A stretch of DNA of 55,092 nucleotides from assembly GCA_018828825.1 (NCBI GenBank), contig JAHJUV010000090.1, forward strand, positions 1 through 55,092. The letters are read 5' to 3'. The notes under the pieces were generated by a model. It did not search any database and was not told where the DNA came from. It saw nothing but the letters and a program-made list of their open reading frames with translations. Source of the stretch: Planctomycetota bacterium (GTDB lineage Bacteria > Planctomycetota > Phycisphaerae > Sedimentisphaerales > UBA12454). Of this stretch, positions 35,790 through 45,512 are shown piece by piece; position 1 is the first letter of the stretch; the number at the start of each line of letters is the position of its first letter. A program made the translations under genes and the position numbers.

Positions 35790-37628
35790 TCAGGGCTGGG
35801 TTTTTATCGGGTCAAGAACGAAGTCATAGCTGAAAATATCCTGGTCGGGACTAAAAATCGGCGACTCGGCAGGCTCGAAACCGTCAGCCTGCAGTTTTAA
35901 CTGAAAGTCGATCGGCTCGGTTATCGTCAGTTCATAAGTATTGCCGGAAAATGTCGAAGAGATTGACTCCTGCCAGGAAATGTTGACGTTGTCGAAATAA
36001 TAGCCGGGCGTTATCTTAAAAGTTTCTACCGGCTTGTCGGCCTCGCTGCTGGTTACGTTGCCGTTTATGACAAACGGCAGCAGGAGCGTTATCACATAAT
36101 CATCATCTTCGCTCTTCATTGCAAATTTGCGGACACTCATATAACCGTTCTTTTGTATGTCGAACAAAACCTCATCTTCCGGCGCGTCCAGCCACTCAAA
36201 ATATCCGTTGGCATCGGTTTTTGTTTCAAAGTTTAAGGAATTAACGCCCTGCCAGGATGAAACTTTTACAGATGTGTTCTCTATGGGACTGTCGTTAATA
36301 TCAACGACTCTACCTCGGATAGTACTTCCCGCTTCGAGAGTGAAAATAACAGGCGGCATATCTGCTTTAATTTCGACCGGCAATACCTGCGGTTTGGCGC
36401 CAGCATACTGGGCAGTGAATACCTCGACGCCCGGCATAACATTATCGAAGCGGAACCAGCCGTCCGCATCGCAGATTTGGCTGTTTTCACTGCCGCTTTC
36501 AAATGGACCTCTGATTATTGTTGCCTGCAGGGGATTCTGCTGCCGGTCAACCGTTCTTCCAATAACCGTAACGCCCCTTTCAAGAATTGTCTCGAATGAG
36601 AAGTTTTTTAACTGCTCAATCGCTGCCTGCTGATAAATTTCCATCGGAACGTAGTTTGGATGTGCTGCCGTTATAGAGGCCCCGGCCGCGTTTTTGGGAA
36701 AATTGCCGCATCGCCAAATGCCGTTTGCATCTGTTTTAAATACTCCCAAAAGCTTATTGTTCGAAGTTTCGGTATTATTACTGAAATTAACGAGCACTTT
36801 TACTTCTGCGTCTTTTATCGGCTCAAGTTCCTGGTTTTTGACGACTCCGCCTACAGCCGGCTGCGCTGTATTTATGTCGCTGACCGGCGAAGGCAGACCG
36901 CCAAGTTTCAAAATATCAGCGATATTGGAATCGGTAAGTTCCGCGAGAAATTTTGCCGCCAGCAGTCTTGCGGTTGAATCACCTTCCTTGAGAATTTTTA
37001 AAAGCTCCGGAATATTATCTTCATCGGCGAGTTGTTCTATTATTTCGAGCCGGGATTTTGGAATCTCCTGATACGATTTTATTTCAATTATCGGAGATGG
37101 AGGAGTGACGGTTTTTTTCTGCTGCTGCGGTGTGGCGATCTGTTGGATAGGGGTTTTGGCCGGTCGCAGCAGAATACCGATTGCAATTAGAATCACCGCG
37201 GCAATTGCGGAATATAGAAATATCCTGCTGATATTTTTGTCGGCTGAATCGAATGCGGCCAGTATCTTTGCGCGAAGCTTGTCTTCATGACCCGCATCGG
37301 GCGTTAGGGCGGTATCGACGGCGATTTTGCTGACAAGTTCTGCGAATTCTTTGTCTTTTAAGCTGCGATTTATCTGGTCTGTCGCAATGGCACTGAGCCA
37401 GTTGACGAAATCTGTCCTTGTTCTACCTCGAAAACGCCTGATGTTCCGGGCTGCCTGAACAAAAACCACGCTGGTCATATCTTCAGTAATCTGTTTGGAA
37501 TGCAAACCAGTCAGGCAGTGGTAAAAGATTTTTTCGTAATATATGTCGTAGAGGAGCAGAAATGCCGAACTGTCGGCAGAGACGAGGGTTACCAGCGGGT
37601 CTCGTTCGGCTTCTGAAGTATTGGCCAT
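35790..37628 (-). CDS. membrane protein with N-terminal sigma-70 region-2-like domain (no region 4), one TM, HEAT-like segment and three carboxypeptidase-regulatory-like beta-sandwich repeats
   Basis: N-terminus FLLLYDIYYEKIFYHCL...TEDMTSVVFVQ...FVNWLSAIATDQINRSLK matches the ECF region 2 pattern. TM IFLYSAIAAVILIAIGILL. Repeats of the G.V.D...P...V.V....TDANG.F type. Confidence 0.7.
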   Translation of the reverse strand: MANTSEAERDPLVTLVSADSSAFLLLYDIYYEKIFYHCLTGLHSKQITEDMTSVVFVQAARNIRRFRGRTRTDFVNWLSAIATDQINRSLKDKEFAELVSKIAVDTALTPDAGHEDKLRAKILAAFDSADKNISRIFLYSAIAAVILIAIGILLRPAKTPIQQIATPQQQKKTVTPPSPIIEIKSYQEIPKSRLEIIEQLADEDNIPELLKILKEGDSTARLLAAKFLAELTDSNIADILKLGGLPSPVSDINTAQPAVGGVVKNQELEPIKDAEVKVLVNFSNNTETSNNKLLGVFKTDANGIWRCGNFPKNAAGASITAAHPNYVPMEIYQQAAIEQLKNFSFETILERGVTVIGRTVDRQQNPLQATIIRGPFESGSENSQICDADGWFRFDNVMPGVEVFTAQYAGAKPQVLPVEIKADMPPVIFTLEAGSTIRGRVVDINDSPIENTSVKVSSWQGVNSLNFETKTDANGYFEWLDAPEDEVLFDIQKNGYMSVRKFAMKSEDDDYVITLLLPFVINGNVTSSEADKPVETFKITPGYYFDNVNISWQESISSTFSGNTYELTITEPIDFQLKLQADGFEPAESPIFSPDQDIFSYDFVLDPIKTQP

Positions 37629-37775
37629 TTTTCAGTCCGTTTGCAATTATGCTAACCTGTTATACAGACAGTAATTATATTTTATTTCAGGTCTTGTTTA
37701 TATTCAATAGAAAAATGGCATAAAAAAATAAACAAACAGGAGTTTTTTAGTATAATATTAAGCTGGACAAAAAAC

Positions 37776-37804
37776 TTGACAGAGGGGGCCTGCTCAAGTA
37801 AAGT
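37776..37804 (+). promoter_or_regulatory. sigma70-like promoter candidate for rpsB-tsf (TTGACA-17 nt-TAAAGT)
   Basis: -35 at 37776-37781 and -10 at 37799-37804, about 70 nt upstream of the rpsB start. Confidence 0.4.
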
Positions 37805-37871
37805 GCTTTGTTCTCTAGTTTTGCGTCAATACTTAGTGTAGAAAAGTTAATGTTTTTGGAGGTCATATTTA

Positions 37872-38693
37872 GTGGCTAATGATTTGGCTCGTAATTTAAT
37901 TAATGCCGGTGTGCATTTTGGTCATACCGTCAGCCGATGGAATCCCAAAATGAAACCGTATGTTTATTCCCGCAGGGGTATGGTTCACATTATCAATGTC
38001 CGCGAAACGCTTAAGGGCATTATTCTTGCCAAGAAGCTTTTGGGTGATATTGTGGCCGGCGGCAAGGATGTTGTATTTGTCGGCACCAAGAGACAGGCGA
38101 AAAAAGCGGCAAAGTCCGCCGCCGAAGCGACTGGAATGCATTATGTGACCACGCGATGGCTGGGCGGAACTTTTACGAATTTCAGAACTATACACTCGAG
38201 AATTCAAAGACTCGACGAGCTTGAAGCTATGGCGACAGACGGTTCGATCGAATCCGAAAGCAAAAAACGCGCTTCTACACTCAAACGCGAACTTCGCAAG
38301 GTCAAATCGAATCTTGAGGGCATTCGCAAAATGAGCCAGATACCGGGAGCCATTGTGGTTGTTGACGCAAGGAGAGAAGTTCTTGCTCTTCGTGAAGCGA
38401 AGAAAATGGGAGTTCCGACAATAGGCATTATTGATACCGATTCGAACCCGGACCTGGTCGATGTTCCGATACCGGGCAATGACGATTCGGTCAAGGCGAT
38501 AGATATTATTTTCGGCGAGCTTGCTTCAGCGGTTGCCGAGGGCAAAACTATGTATAAGGCAGTGGCTAAGGACGAAGACGGCCGCAAACCTCGTGTTCGC
38601 AGGCGTTCTCTGGCCAGGGCCGCCGATGCTGAAACCGCCGCAGAAACGGGCAAAGAACCCGCACAGACCCCAACGACAGGTCAATCTGCATAA
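37872..38693 (+). CDS. rpsB: 30S ribosomal protein S2
   Basis: GTG start. LINAGVHFGH, WLGGTFTNF and VVVD...EA.KMGVP motifs. Charged C-terminal tail. Confidence 0.95.
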   Translation: MANDLARNLINAGVHFGHTVSRWNPKMKPYVYSRRGMVHIINVRETLKGIILAKKLLGDIVAGGKDVVFVGTKRQAKKAAKSAAEATGMHYVTTRWLGGTFTNFRTIHSRIQRLDELEAMATDGSIESESKKRASTLKRELRKVKSNLEGIRKMSQIPGAIVVVDARREVLALREAKKMGVPTIGIIDTDSNPDLVDVPIPGNDDSVKAIDIIFGELASAVAEGKTMYKAVAKDEDGRKPRVRRRSLARAADAETAAETGKEPAQTPTTGQSA

Positions 38694-38780
38694 GTTTGGG
38701 CGCAGCAAAAAAGACCGTACCAGGGTAAAAAGTACGGCCTTTGTGCAAATACTAATTTAAATTTCAGGAGATTTTCTAAA

Positions 38781-39647
38781 ATGGCAGAAATAGAGGCTGC
38801 ACTGGTTGTAAAACTGAGAAAAATGAGCGGGCAGGGAATGATGGACTGCAAAAAAGCTCTTGAGGAAAGCAATGGAAACCTCGAAGAGGCGATGACCTCG
38901 CTGAGGAAAAAAGGACTTGCGACTCTTGCCAAAAGGGCGGACAAGCAGGCCTCCGAGGGCAAGGTAATATGCGTTTCAAGTCCCGATGGCAAAGAGGCCG
39001 CGATGGCAACGCTCTGCTGCGAGACCGATTTTGTAGCCAAGACCGATGCGTTTGTCGCCACTGTCGATGCGATGGGCGATTATCTGCTTGCCTGCAAGGC
39101 GGCGGACAGCGTTGAAAATCTGCTCGGTACCGAAAAGGACGGAAAAAAGTTTTCCGATTGTTTGACCGAATGTGTCAGCAAAACGGGCGAAAAGACCGAA
39201 GTCGGAAATTTCGCCAGATTCAAACTCGAAGGTACTGGCAGTATAGCTACTTATGTTCACTTTAACGGTAAAATAGGCGTTATGGTCGAATATGAAACAA
39301 GCACGCAGGCCGTTGCCGACAGCGAGCAGTTCAAGTTCATCGGCAGGGACATCGCGATGCACATCGCTGCGGTAAATCCTATTTCGCTGGATTCTTCGGG
39401 AATTGCGGCCGATGTAGTCGAACGCGAAAAGGCCATTGCCGCAGAACAGGTAAAGGACAAGCCCGCCAATATCATCGGTAAAATTGTCGAAGGCAAAATG
39501 AAGAAATTTTTCGCTGAAAACTGCCTGTTGTCTCAGGGATTCGTAAAGGACGAGAAAGTCTCTGTCGAGAAAGTACTTACCGACACCGCGAAAGCGGCCG
39601 GCGGCACCGCGAAAATAAAAAGATTTGTACGATTCGCAATCGGATAA
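38781..39647 (+). CDS. tsf: translation elongation factor Ts
   Basis: UBA-like N-terminus LRKMSGQGMMDCKKALEESNGNLEEA. CETDFVAK motif. Follows rpsB. Confidence 0.95.
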   Translation: MAEIEAALVVKLRKMSGQGMMDCKKALEESNGNLEEAMTSLRKKGLATLAKRADKQASEGKVICVSSPDGKEAAMATLCCETDFVAKTDAFVATVDAMGDYLLACKAADSVENLLGTEKDGKKFSDCLTECVSKTGEKTEVGNFARFKLEGTGSIATYVHFNGKIGVMVEYETSTQAVADSEQFKFIGRDIAMHIAAVNPISLDSSGIAADVVEREKAIAAEQVKDKPANIIGKIVEGKMKKFFAENCLLSQGFVKDEKVSVEKVLTDTAKAAGGTAKIKRFVRFAIG

Positions 39648-39682
39648 TATAATAAACTTCGTAAAAAGACAGGAACACAGGG

Positions 39683-40399
39683 ATGGGCGAATTGAAATAC
39701 AAACGTGTTCTGCTGAAAATCAGCGGCGAAAGCTTTTGTAAAAGCGGCGGATTCGGTATTGACGGCGAGCCACTCGCTTCGATTGCCGAAAGAATACAGC
39801 AAATCCGGAAACTCGGCACTCAAATCGCCGTCGTTGTAGGCGGAGGCAATTTTCTCCGGGGCGAAACTTTCAGCAAATCAAGTCATATCTCCCGTCATAC
39901 CGCTGATTATATGGGTATGCTCGCCACGGTCATCAATGCCTGCGCCTTGCAGGAGACTCTCGAAGAAATAGGCCAGCCGACGCGAGTGCTCAGCGCGATA
40001 GAGGTTTCAGCCATCTGCGAGCCTTTCATCCGCAGAAGGGCGATAAGGCATCTCGAACAGGGCAGGGTCGCTATCCTGGCCGGCGGAACGGGAAATCCGT
40101 TCTTTTCCACCGATACCTGTGCAGCGCTTCGTGCTTCCGAGCTTGATGCCAATGTACTTATCAAGGCTACAAAAGTTGACGGCGTTTATGACGAAGACCC
40201 GATTAAAAATCCGAAAGCGAAATTTTTCGATAAACTTGCTTATCGGGACGTGCTGAATAAAAACCTGCGGGTTATGGACCATTCCGCGATAAGTTTATGC
40301 AGTGAAAATAAAATTCCGGTTATTGTTCTGAATATCTTTCAGAAGGGCAATATCACAAAGGCTCTTCTCGGCGAAAAAATCGGTACGATTATCTCTTAA
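39683..40399 (+). CDS. pyrH: UMP kinase
   Basis: YKRVLLKISGES, VVGGGNFLRG and GGTGNPFFSTD motifs. Confidence 0.95.
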   Translation: MGELKYKRVLLKISGESFCKSGGFGIDGEPLASIAERIQQIRKLGTQIAVVVGGGNFLRGETFSKSSHISRHTADYMGMLATVINACALQETLEEIGQPTRVLSAIEVSAICEPFIRRRAIRHLEQGRVAILAGGTGNPFFSTDTCAALRASELDANVLIKATKVDGVYDEDPIKNPKAKFFDKLAYRDVLNKNLRVMDHSAISLCSENKIPVIVLNIFQKGNITKALLGEKIGTIIS

Positions 40400-40416
40400 T
40401 TTTGCAGGAGCGGGTT

Positions 40417-40977
40417 ATGCCGACACAGAAAATTATAAGCGAACATAAACAGCTTATGGAAAAAGCGTTGGAATTTCTCCACAGCGAATTCAAAACTGTC
40501 AGAACCGGCAGGGCTTCCACAGGCCTTGTTGAAAATCTCAGGGTCGATTATTACGGCTCACCCACGCCTTTGAAACAACTTGCGACTCTCTCGGTGCCCG
40601 AGTCGAGTATGATTGTCATTAAGCCGTTTGACCCCGCCTCCATAAAGGACATCGAAAAGGCGATTAAGAACAGCGACCTTTCCATCGCCCCGATGTCGGA
40701 CGGTAAAATCATCAGGCTCAATGTCCCGCCGCTGTCTGGAGAAAGAAGAACACAGCTCGCATCGCAGGTCAAACAGCTCGGCGAGCAGGCAAAAATCAGC
40801 ATTCGGAACATCAGAAGAGACGCAAATAAAAAACTCGACGATGCCCAAAAAGCAAAAACTCTTACCGAAGATGACCGCGACCACGGCAAGAAAGAAATCG
40901 ACGAACTTACTAAACAATATACGGACAAAATCGATAAGGCCGTAAAGTCCAAAACAGATGAAGTTATGGAAAGCTGA
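40417..40977 (+). CDS. frr: ribosome recycling factor
   Basis: TVRTGRAS, IRNIRRDAN and the coiled C-terminus. ATG 40417 has aggag 8 nt upstream. The ORF opens at TTG 40402. Confidence 0.9.
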   Translation: MPTQKIISEHKQLMEKALEFLHSEFKTVRTGRASTGLVENLRVDYYGSPTPLKQLATLSVPESSMIVIKPFDPASIKDIEKAIKNSDLSIAPMSDGKIIRLNVPPLSGERRTQLASQVKQLGEQAKISIRNIRRDANKKLDDAQKAKTLTEDDRDHGKKEIDELTKQYTDKIDKAVKSKTDEVMES

Positions 40978-41042
40978 CAAAACGATTCATACCTATTCGT
41001 CAGAACTCCGAATTTTGAAATCTCTTTTGTGAGGGGACGAAA

Positions 41043-44000
41043 ATGCAGACCGAAAATAACACTCAGAAGAAGACCGGCTCTAAAATCACCATAAAAAAGA
41101 TTTTCCTGTGGACATCGCTCCTGCTCCTACTGTTTTTCCTTATCTTGTTTTTTGCGGTGCCGGCGTATTTATCTTCGAACAGCGGGAAAAGCTTAATCCT
41201 TAACAAGGTGAACGATGCCATCGACGGCGAAGTCAAAATTGCCTCTCTTTCGATGGGCTGGTTTGACGGTGTAAAGGCGCAAAAGCTTGATTTTTCCGAC
41301 GATACAGGCTGCACGAAGATAACCGCAAAGCAGATTGCCGCTCGGCCGAGCTATTTTTCGCTCCTGGCGGGAAAACTTGCGATTGACAAGGCCGTTATAG
41401 ACCAGCCGATGGTTTTGATAGATACTACCGGCCCGTGTTCACAAAAGAAGAAAGAACTTGTGTCGAAATCATCGCAGCCGAAAACACAGGCAGCACCTTC
41501 CGCCGCCGTACTGGCTTTTGAGCATATAGATTTGATAATAAACAACGGCAATTTCAAAGTTATTACCGCCGATGTTAATAATATCGCGCAAACGCTTGAG
41601 CTTAGAGACATCAACAGCAGGCTCGCGATAAAACCGTTTGGCAGCAGGAGCAGTTTCGATGTCTCGATGGCTGTCGCATCGGCCAACAATGTGTCGCAAA
41701 TCAGCGCATCGGGCAATATAAAGACCGGAAAAAAGGCTTGGTCGTTTGCGGATACGACCGGCCAGCTTTCACTCGAAGTCAACGACCTCGACCTTTCAAC
41801 GCTGGGGTCCTTGTTTGCGGCACTCGACGCCAACGTTACCGCCAAAGGAATAATAAACGCCAGCATCGAAGCTAAACTCGAAAAAGGGCTTTTCGAAAAT
41901 CTCCAGGGGAAAATAAAAGCGAGCGAACTTGACGTTGCGGGAGATTTTCTAAAGGGCGACAGAATCCAAACCTCATCGCTCGATGCCGATATAAAACTCA
42001 GTTCCACCGAACAGGCGATCAATATAGATAGATTGACGTTTAAGGCCGATGGTTTGGATGCCGATGTAAAAGGGACGGTGCCGAAAACGCTTCGCAGCTT
42101 TGAAGATTTTATGAAAGCCGATTCTGCGGATACCCTGCAGGCGAAGTTCGACTGTGATGTTGCTAAAACATTCAAACAGGTAAAAACAATAGCGAAATTC
42201 AAAGAGGATTTCAATATTAACTTCGGCAGACTGAGCGGCAATATAAATACCGAAGCTCAAAACGGCAAAAGAACCCTGACGGGCAAAGTCAAGTTATGGG
42301 CACTCGAGGGGAATTTTCCTATAAAGCGGATTGTGCTTTCAAAACCGGTAGAAATTGACGCGAAGATTATTTCTCAGAAAGACAAGATAACCATTGAAAA
42401 ACTTGCCGTCGATTCGGCTTTTTTAAAGGCCAAACTTAACGGCACAACAGACAATATGAATTATACCGCCGATGTCGATCTTGCCAAAATGCAAAGCGAT
42501 GTGGGTCAGTTTATCGAAATAAAACAGACTCTTGCCGGCGATGTCAATCTTGCAGGCCGCGGCTCTTTCGTAAATGGAGTTCTCAGCAGCGCCGGTAGCG
42601 GGGCGTTCAGCAATATTTCAGTAAAAATGCCGGACGGCAGCGAAATTTCAGAACCGGCTGCGAATGTAAAATTCGATTTCACTTCCGATTTCGAAAAGAA
42701 ACAGCTTTATGTCAAAACCGCCGACATCACCGCCTCGGCAGGCAGACTGAACCTGAGGGATTCTCGAATTCCTCTCGGCTCCGATGCCGTCAGCCAGATA
42801 CAGATAAACGCCGATATGGCCCTCGAACTTGCCAAGGCCGTCCAATATTTGCGAACTTTCGGAAAGCTCGACCCTCAAATTCAGCTTGCCGGCTTTGCGC
42901 AGGGCGACATCGCCCTGAATATAAAAGGAGATATCGTCGATGCGATTACAAAACAAATAGCCGTGAAAAATTTCAACCTTGCTTATCCCGGCAGAGAGCC
43001 GTTTTCTCAGGAATATATAAATATCGCTTTCAGCGGCAGGTTTGACACAGCCGAAAAAATTTATACTATCGAAAAGCTTCAGCTTGTAAGTCCGCAGATA
43101 AAACTATCCGGAAAACTCACAAATTTCCAAACCGGCCAAAACGTAAAAACCGAAGGTTCGTTCAAGGCTGATTATGACCTCGCCGCGGCAAGCTCGCTCA
43201 TTTCTCCGTTTTTGCCCAGCGGTTTTTCCGCGACCGGCAAAAGAAGCGATTCGATATCGTTCGTAACTACTTATCCCAAACAGAACTCGGCCCTGTTTAC
43301 GTCAAATCTCAGCACAAAGACATCGTTTGGTTTCGACACCGCCGAATATATGGGCCTGAATATCGGCAAAAGCGAGTTTAATGTAGATATAGATAGCGGC
43401 CTGATGACGGTTGCACCGTTTTCAACTACTGTCAATAAAGGCGCGCTCAGTTTCGCTGCCTCTGCGAACCTTAAGGAAAAGCCAGCGATACTCAGAACGC
43501 CCGGCCCGGTAAAAATATTCGACAAAATTCAGATCAATCAGCAAACTACCGATATGCTTCTGCGGTATGTAAATCCTCTCTTTGCCGATGCCGCCGATAT
43601 TTCAGGAGTCCTGACTTTCGACAGTGAGAAAATCGCATTTCCGCTTCAAACGGGTTACAAAAATGCCATCGAAATAGCCGGCACGCTTTCCATCGACAAT
43701 ATGCATCTTGGCGGTTCGTCCCTCCTGGGCCAGATTGTTCAGCTTGCCGGCGTCTCGCCCGATGCCAATATTACCGTTCTGCCCTGCAGGTTCGTCCTGG
43801 CCGATGGAATTCTCAGGTACGATGATATGCAGATGAACATCGACAAGAAAAGTATCAACTTCAGCGGCCAAATCGGCCTTGATAAATCTATGCAGATGAC
43901 CGTTACGCTCCCCTGGACACGCAATGGCCAGAGAATCAGACTCCCGCTCAAAGGCACCGTCGATAAACCAGAAATCGATATGAGCAAACTACTCGAACAG

Positions 44001-44060
44001 CAGCTCCAGCAGGAACTCGAAAATCAGATAAGGCAGGGCCTGGAAAAAATATTCAAATAA
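41043..44060 (+). CDS. AsmA/TamB-like large envelope protein (N-terminal anchor, long beta-rich body)
   Basis: N-terminal TM followed by the AsmA-type start (PAYLSSNSGKSLILNKVNDAIDGEVKIASLSMGWFDG...). About 1000 aa of repetitive beta-strand-like sequence. Confidence 0.6.
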   Translation: MQTENNTQKKTGSKITIKKIFLWTSLLLLLFFLILFFAVPAYLSSNSGKSLILNKVNDAIDGEVKIASLSMGWFDGVKAQKLDFSDDTGCTKITAKQIAARPSYFSLLAGKLAIDKAVIDQPMVLIDTTGPCSQKKKELVSKSSQPKTQAAPSAAVLAFEHIDLIINNGNFKVITADVNNIAQTLELRDINSRLAIKPFGSRSSFDVSMAVASANNVSQISASGNIKTGKKAWSFADTTGQLSLEVNDLDLSTLGSLFAALDANVTAKGIINASIEAKLEKGLFENLQGKIKASELDVAGDFLKGDRIQTSSLDADIKLSSTEQAINIDRLTFKADGLDADVKGTVPKTLRSFEDFMKADSADTLQAKFDCDVAKTFKQVKTIAKFKEDFNINFGRLSGNINTEAQNGKRTLTGKVKLWALEGNFPIKRIVLSKPVEIDAKIISQKDKITIEKLAVDSAFLKAKLNGTTDNMNYTADVDLAKMQSDVGQFIEIKQTLAGDVNLAGRGSFVNGVLSSAGSGAFSNISVKMPDGSEISEPAANVKFDFTSDFEKKQLYVKTADITASAGRLNLRDSRIPLGSDAVSQIQINADMALELAKAVQYLRTFGKLDPQIQLAGFAQGDIALNIKGDIVDAITKQIAVKNFNLAYPGREPFSQEYINIAFSGRFDTAEKIYTIEKLQLVSPQIKLSGKLTNFQTGQNVKTEGSFKADYDLAAASSLISPFLPSGFSATGKRSDSISFVTTYPKQNSALFTSNLSTKTSFGFDTAEYMGLNIGKSEFNVDIDSGLMTVAPFSTTVNKGALSFAASANLKEKPAILRTPGPVKIFDKIQINQQTTDMLLRYVNPLFADAADISGVLTFDSEKIAFPLQTGYKNAIEIAGTLSIDNMHLGGSSLLGQIVQLAGVSPDANITVLPCRFVLADGILRYDDMQMNIDKKSINFSGQIGLDKSMQMTVTLPWTRNGQRIRLPLKGTVDKPEIDMSKLLEQQLQQELENQIRQGLEKIFK

Positions 44061-44071
44061 AGGAACACGTT

Positions 44072-45373
44072 ATGTTCGAAAAAATGGTTTCCGTTCCGAC
44101 AAGTGAACTGAGCAGATTTACACGTTTTATATTTTTTCAGATAAGACTTTGGCCTCAGTGCATAAAACTTTTGCTCAAGAACAAAGCCAACCAGCAGGCT
44201 GCGGTCCTGTCGTACAATACCATTTTTGGCATCGTGCCCCTTGCCATTGTAATGCTTCTGATTTTTAATTCCCTCGGCGCTTTTGATGAGCTCGGTTCGC
44301 CGTTGAGAAATTTTTTATACGAACAGAGCTTTATTAAAAACATTCAATATCCTGTCGATGCCAACAACCCTACCGAAAAAGTCACCCTCGCCCAGAAAAT
44401 CGACGAGTTTACAGCCGGTTTTTATGATAATCTCAACAAGGGCTCAATCACAGTTATAAGCTGCGCGGTTATTATATGGGCGGCTATTGCGTTATTGAGC
44501 ACTATCGAAAATTCGTTCAATATGATATGGGGCGTCGGCCGGGGCCGAAATTTCATTCAAAGGGTTACCAATTACTGGGGCTTTCTGACTCTCGGCCCAT
44601 TGCTTTTCGGCGTCGCCGTTTATGTCAATGCCAGGTACAGCATTGCCGGCAATCTCAGTAAAAGCGTCTTTACTTATATTGGCCCCGTTATGCCGTTTTT
44701 GGTCGCGTTTGTCGGTCTCTTTGCGCTGTATATGCTTATGCCCAACGCGAAGGTAAGTTCGCTGGCCGCCGTTTGGGGCGCTCTTATCGCGGCCAGTGCG
44801 TGGATGTTTGCGAAATGGGCCTTCGGCCTTTACGTCGTAAAGCTTATTCCGTACAGCATCGTTTATGGCGTACTCGGTCTTATCCCGCTGGGCGTTTTAT
44901 GGATTTATATCACCTGGCTCATCGTCCTTTTCGGCCTGCAGCTCACGTTTACCACCCAGAATTTAAAGACTATCGAAGAGGCCGAAAAAGCCGCTTCAAA
45001 GCGCCGGCAGGATTATTTCCTCGCCACGGATTTGCAGATAGCCGGAATTATGAAGTTTATCTATGCTGCTTTCGAAAAGAAAAACGCGCCTGTCCCATCC
45101 GAGCTTATCTGCAGCCAGTTGAATCTGCCCCCCGATTTTACCCAAAAGGTTTTAACCCATCTCGTAAAGGCGGGCCTGCTTTTAAAGACGACCGACCCGT
45201 CAACCGGTTTCGCACCTGCGACCGTTGCTGAAAATGTAAAGTTGTCTGATATTTACGATGCGGTAAAAAATGCTTCTTTTGTTGCCCCCGGCGACCAATC
45301 CGCTGTCATAAATCAGATTACCAACGATTACAAACAGACCCTTTCTCAATATACCGTAAAAAATCTGATGTGA
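44072..45373 (+). CDS. YihY/BrkB-family inner membrane protein with C-terminal winged-helix-like extension
   Basis: AAVLSYNTIFGIVPL and the multi-TM core typical of the YihY family. Confidence 0.75.
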   Translation: MFEKMVSVPTSELSRFTRFIFFQIRLWPQCIKLLLKNKANQQAAVLSYNTIFGIVPLAIVMLLIFNSLGAFDELGSPLRNFLYEQSFIKNIQYPVDANNPTEKVTLAQKIDEFTAGFYDNLNKGSITVISCAVIIWAAIALLSTIENSFNMIWGVGRGRNFIQRVTNYWGFLTLGPLLFGVAVYVNARYSIAGNLSKSVFTYIGPVMPFLVAFVGLFALYMLMPNAKVSSLAAVWGALIAASAWMFAKWAFGLYVVKLIPYSIVYGVLGLIPLGVLWIYITWLIVLFGLQLTFTTQNLKTIEEAEKAASKRRQDYFLATDLQIAGIMKFIYAAFEKKNAPVPSELICSQLNLPPDFTQKVLTHLVKAGLLLKTTDPSTGFAPATVAENVKLSDIYDAVKNASFVAPGDQSAVINQITNDYKQTLSQYTVKNLM

Positions 45374-45451
45374 GTTGCAAAGACACAAAAGATACAACAT
45401 TCAAGAGGAAACAGGTACTTAATTAGACGCCCAGGGCGACGCCAATTTGTT

Positions 45452-45480
45452 TTGACTATACGGTCTGATTGTGGTAAATA
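45452..45480 (+). promoter_or_regulatory. sigma70-like promoter candidate for pheA (TTGACT-17 nt-TAAATA)
   Basis: -35 at 45452-45457 and -10 at 45475-45480. Weak -10. Confidence 0.3.
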
Positions 45481-45512
45481 CTACGGGTTTTAGGGAGTTT
45501 GGCGGTATTTCT

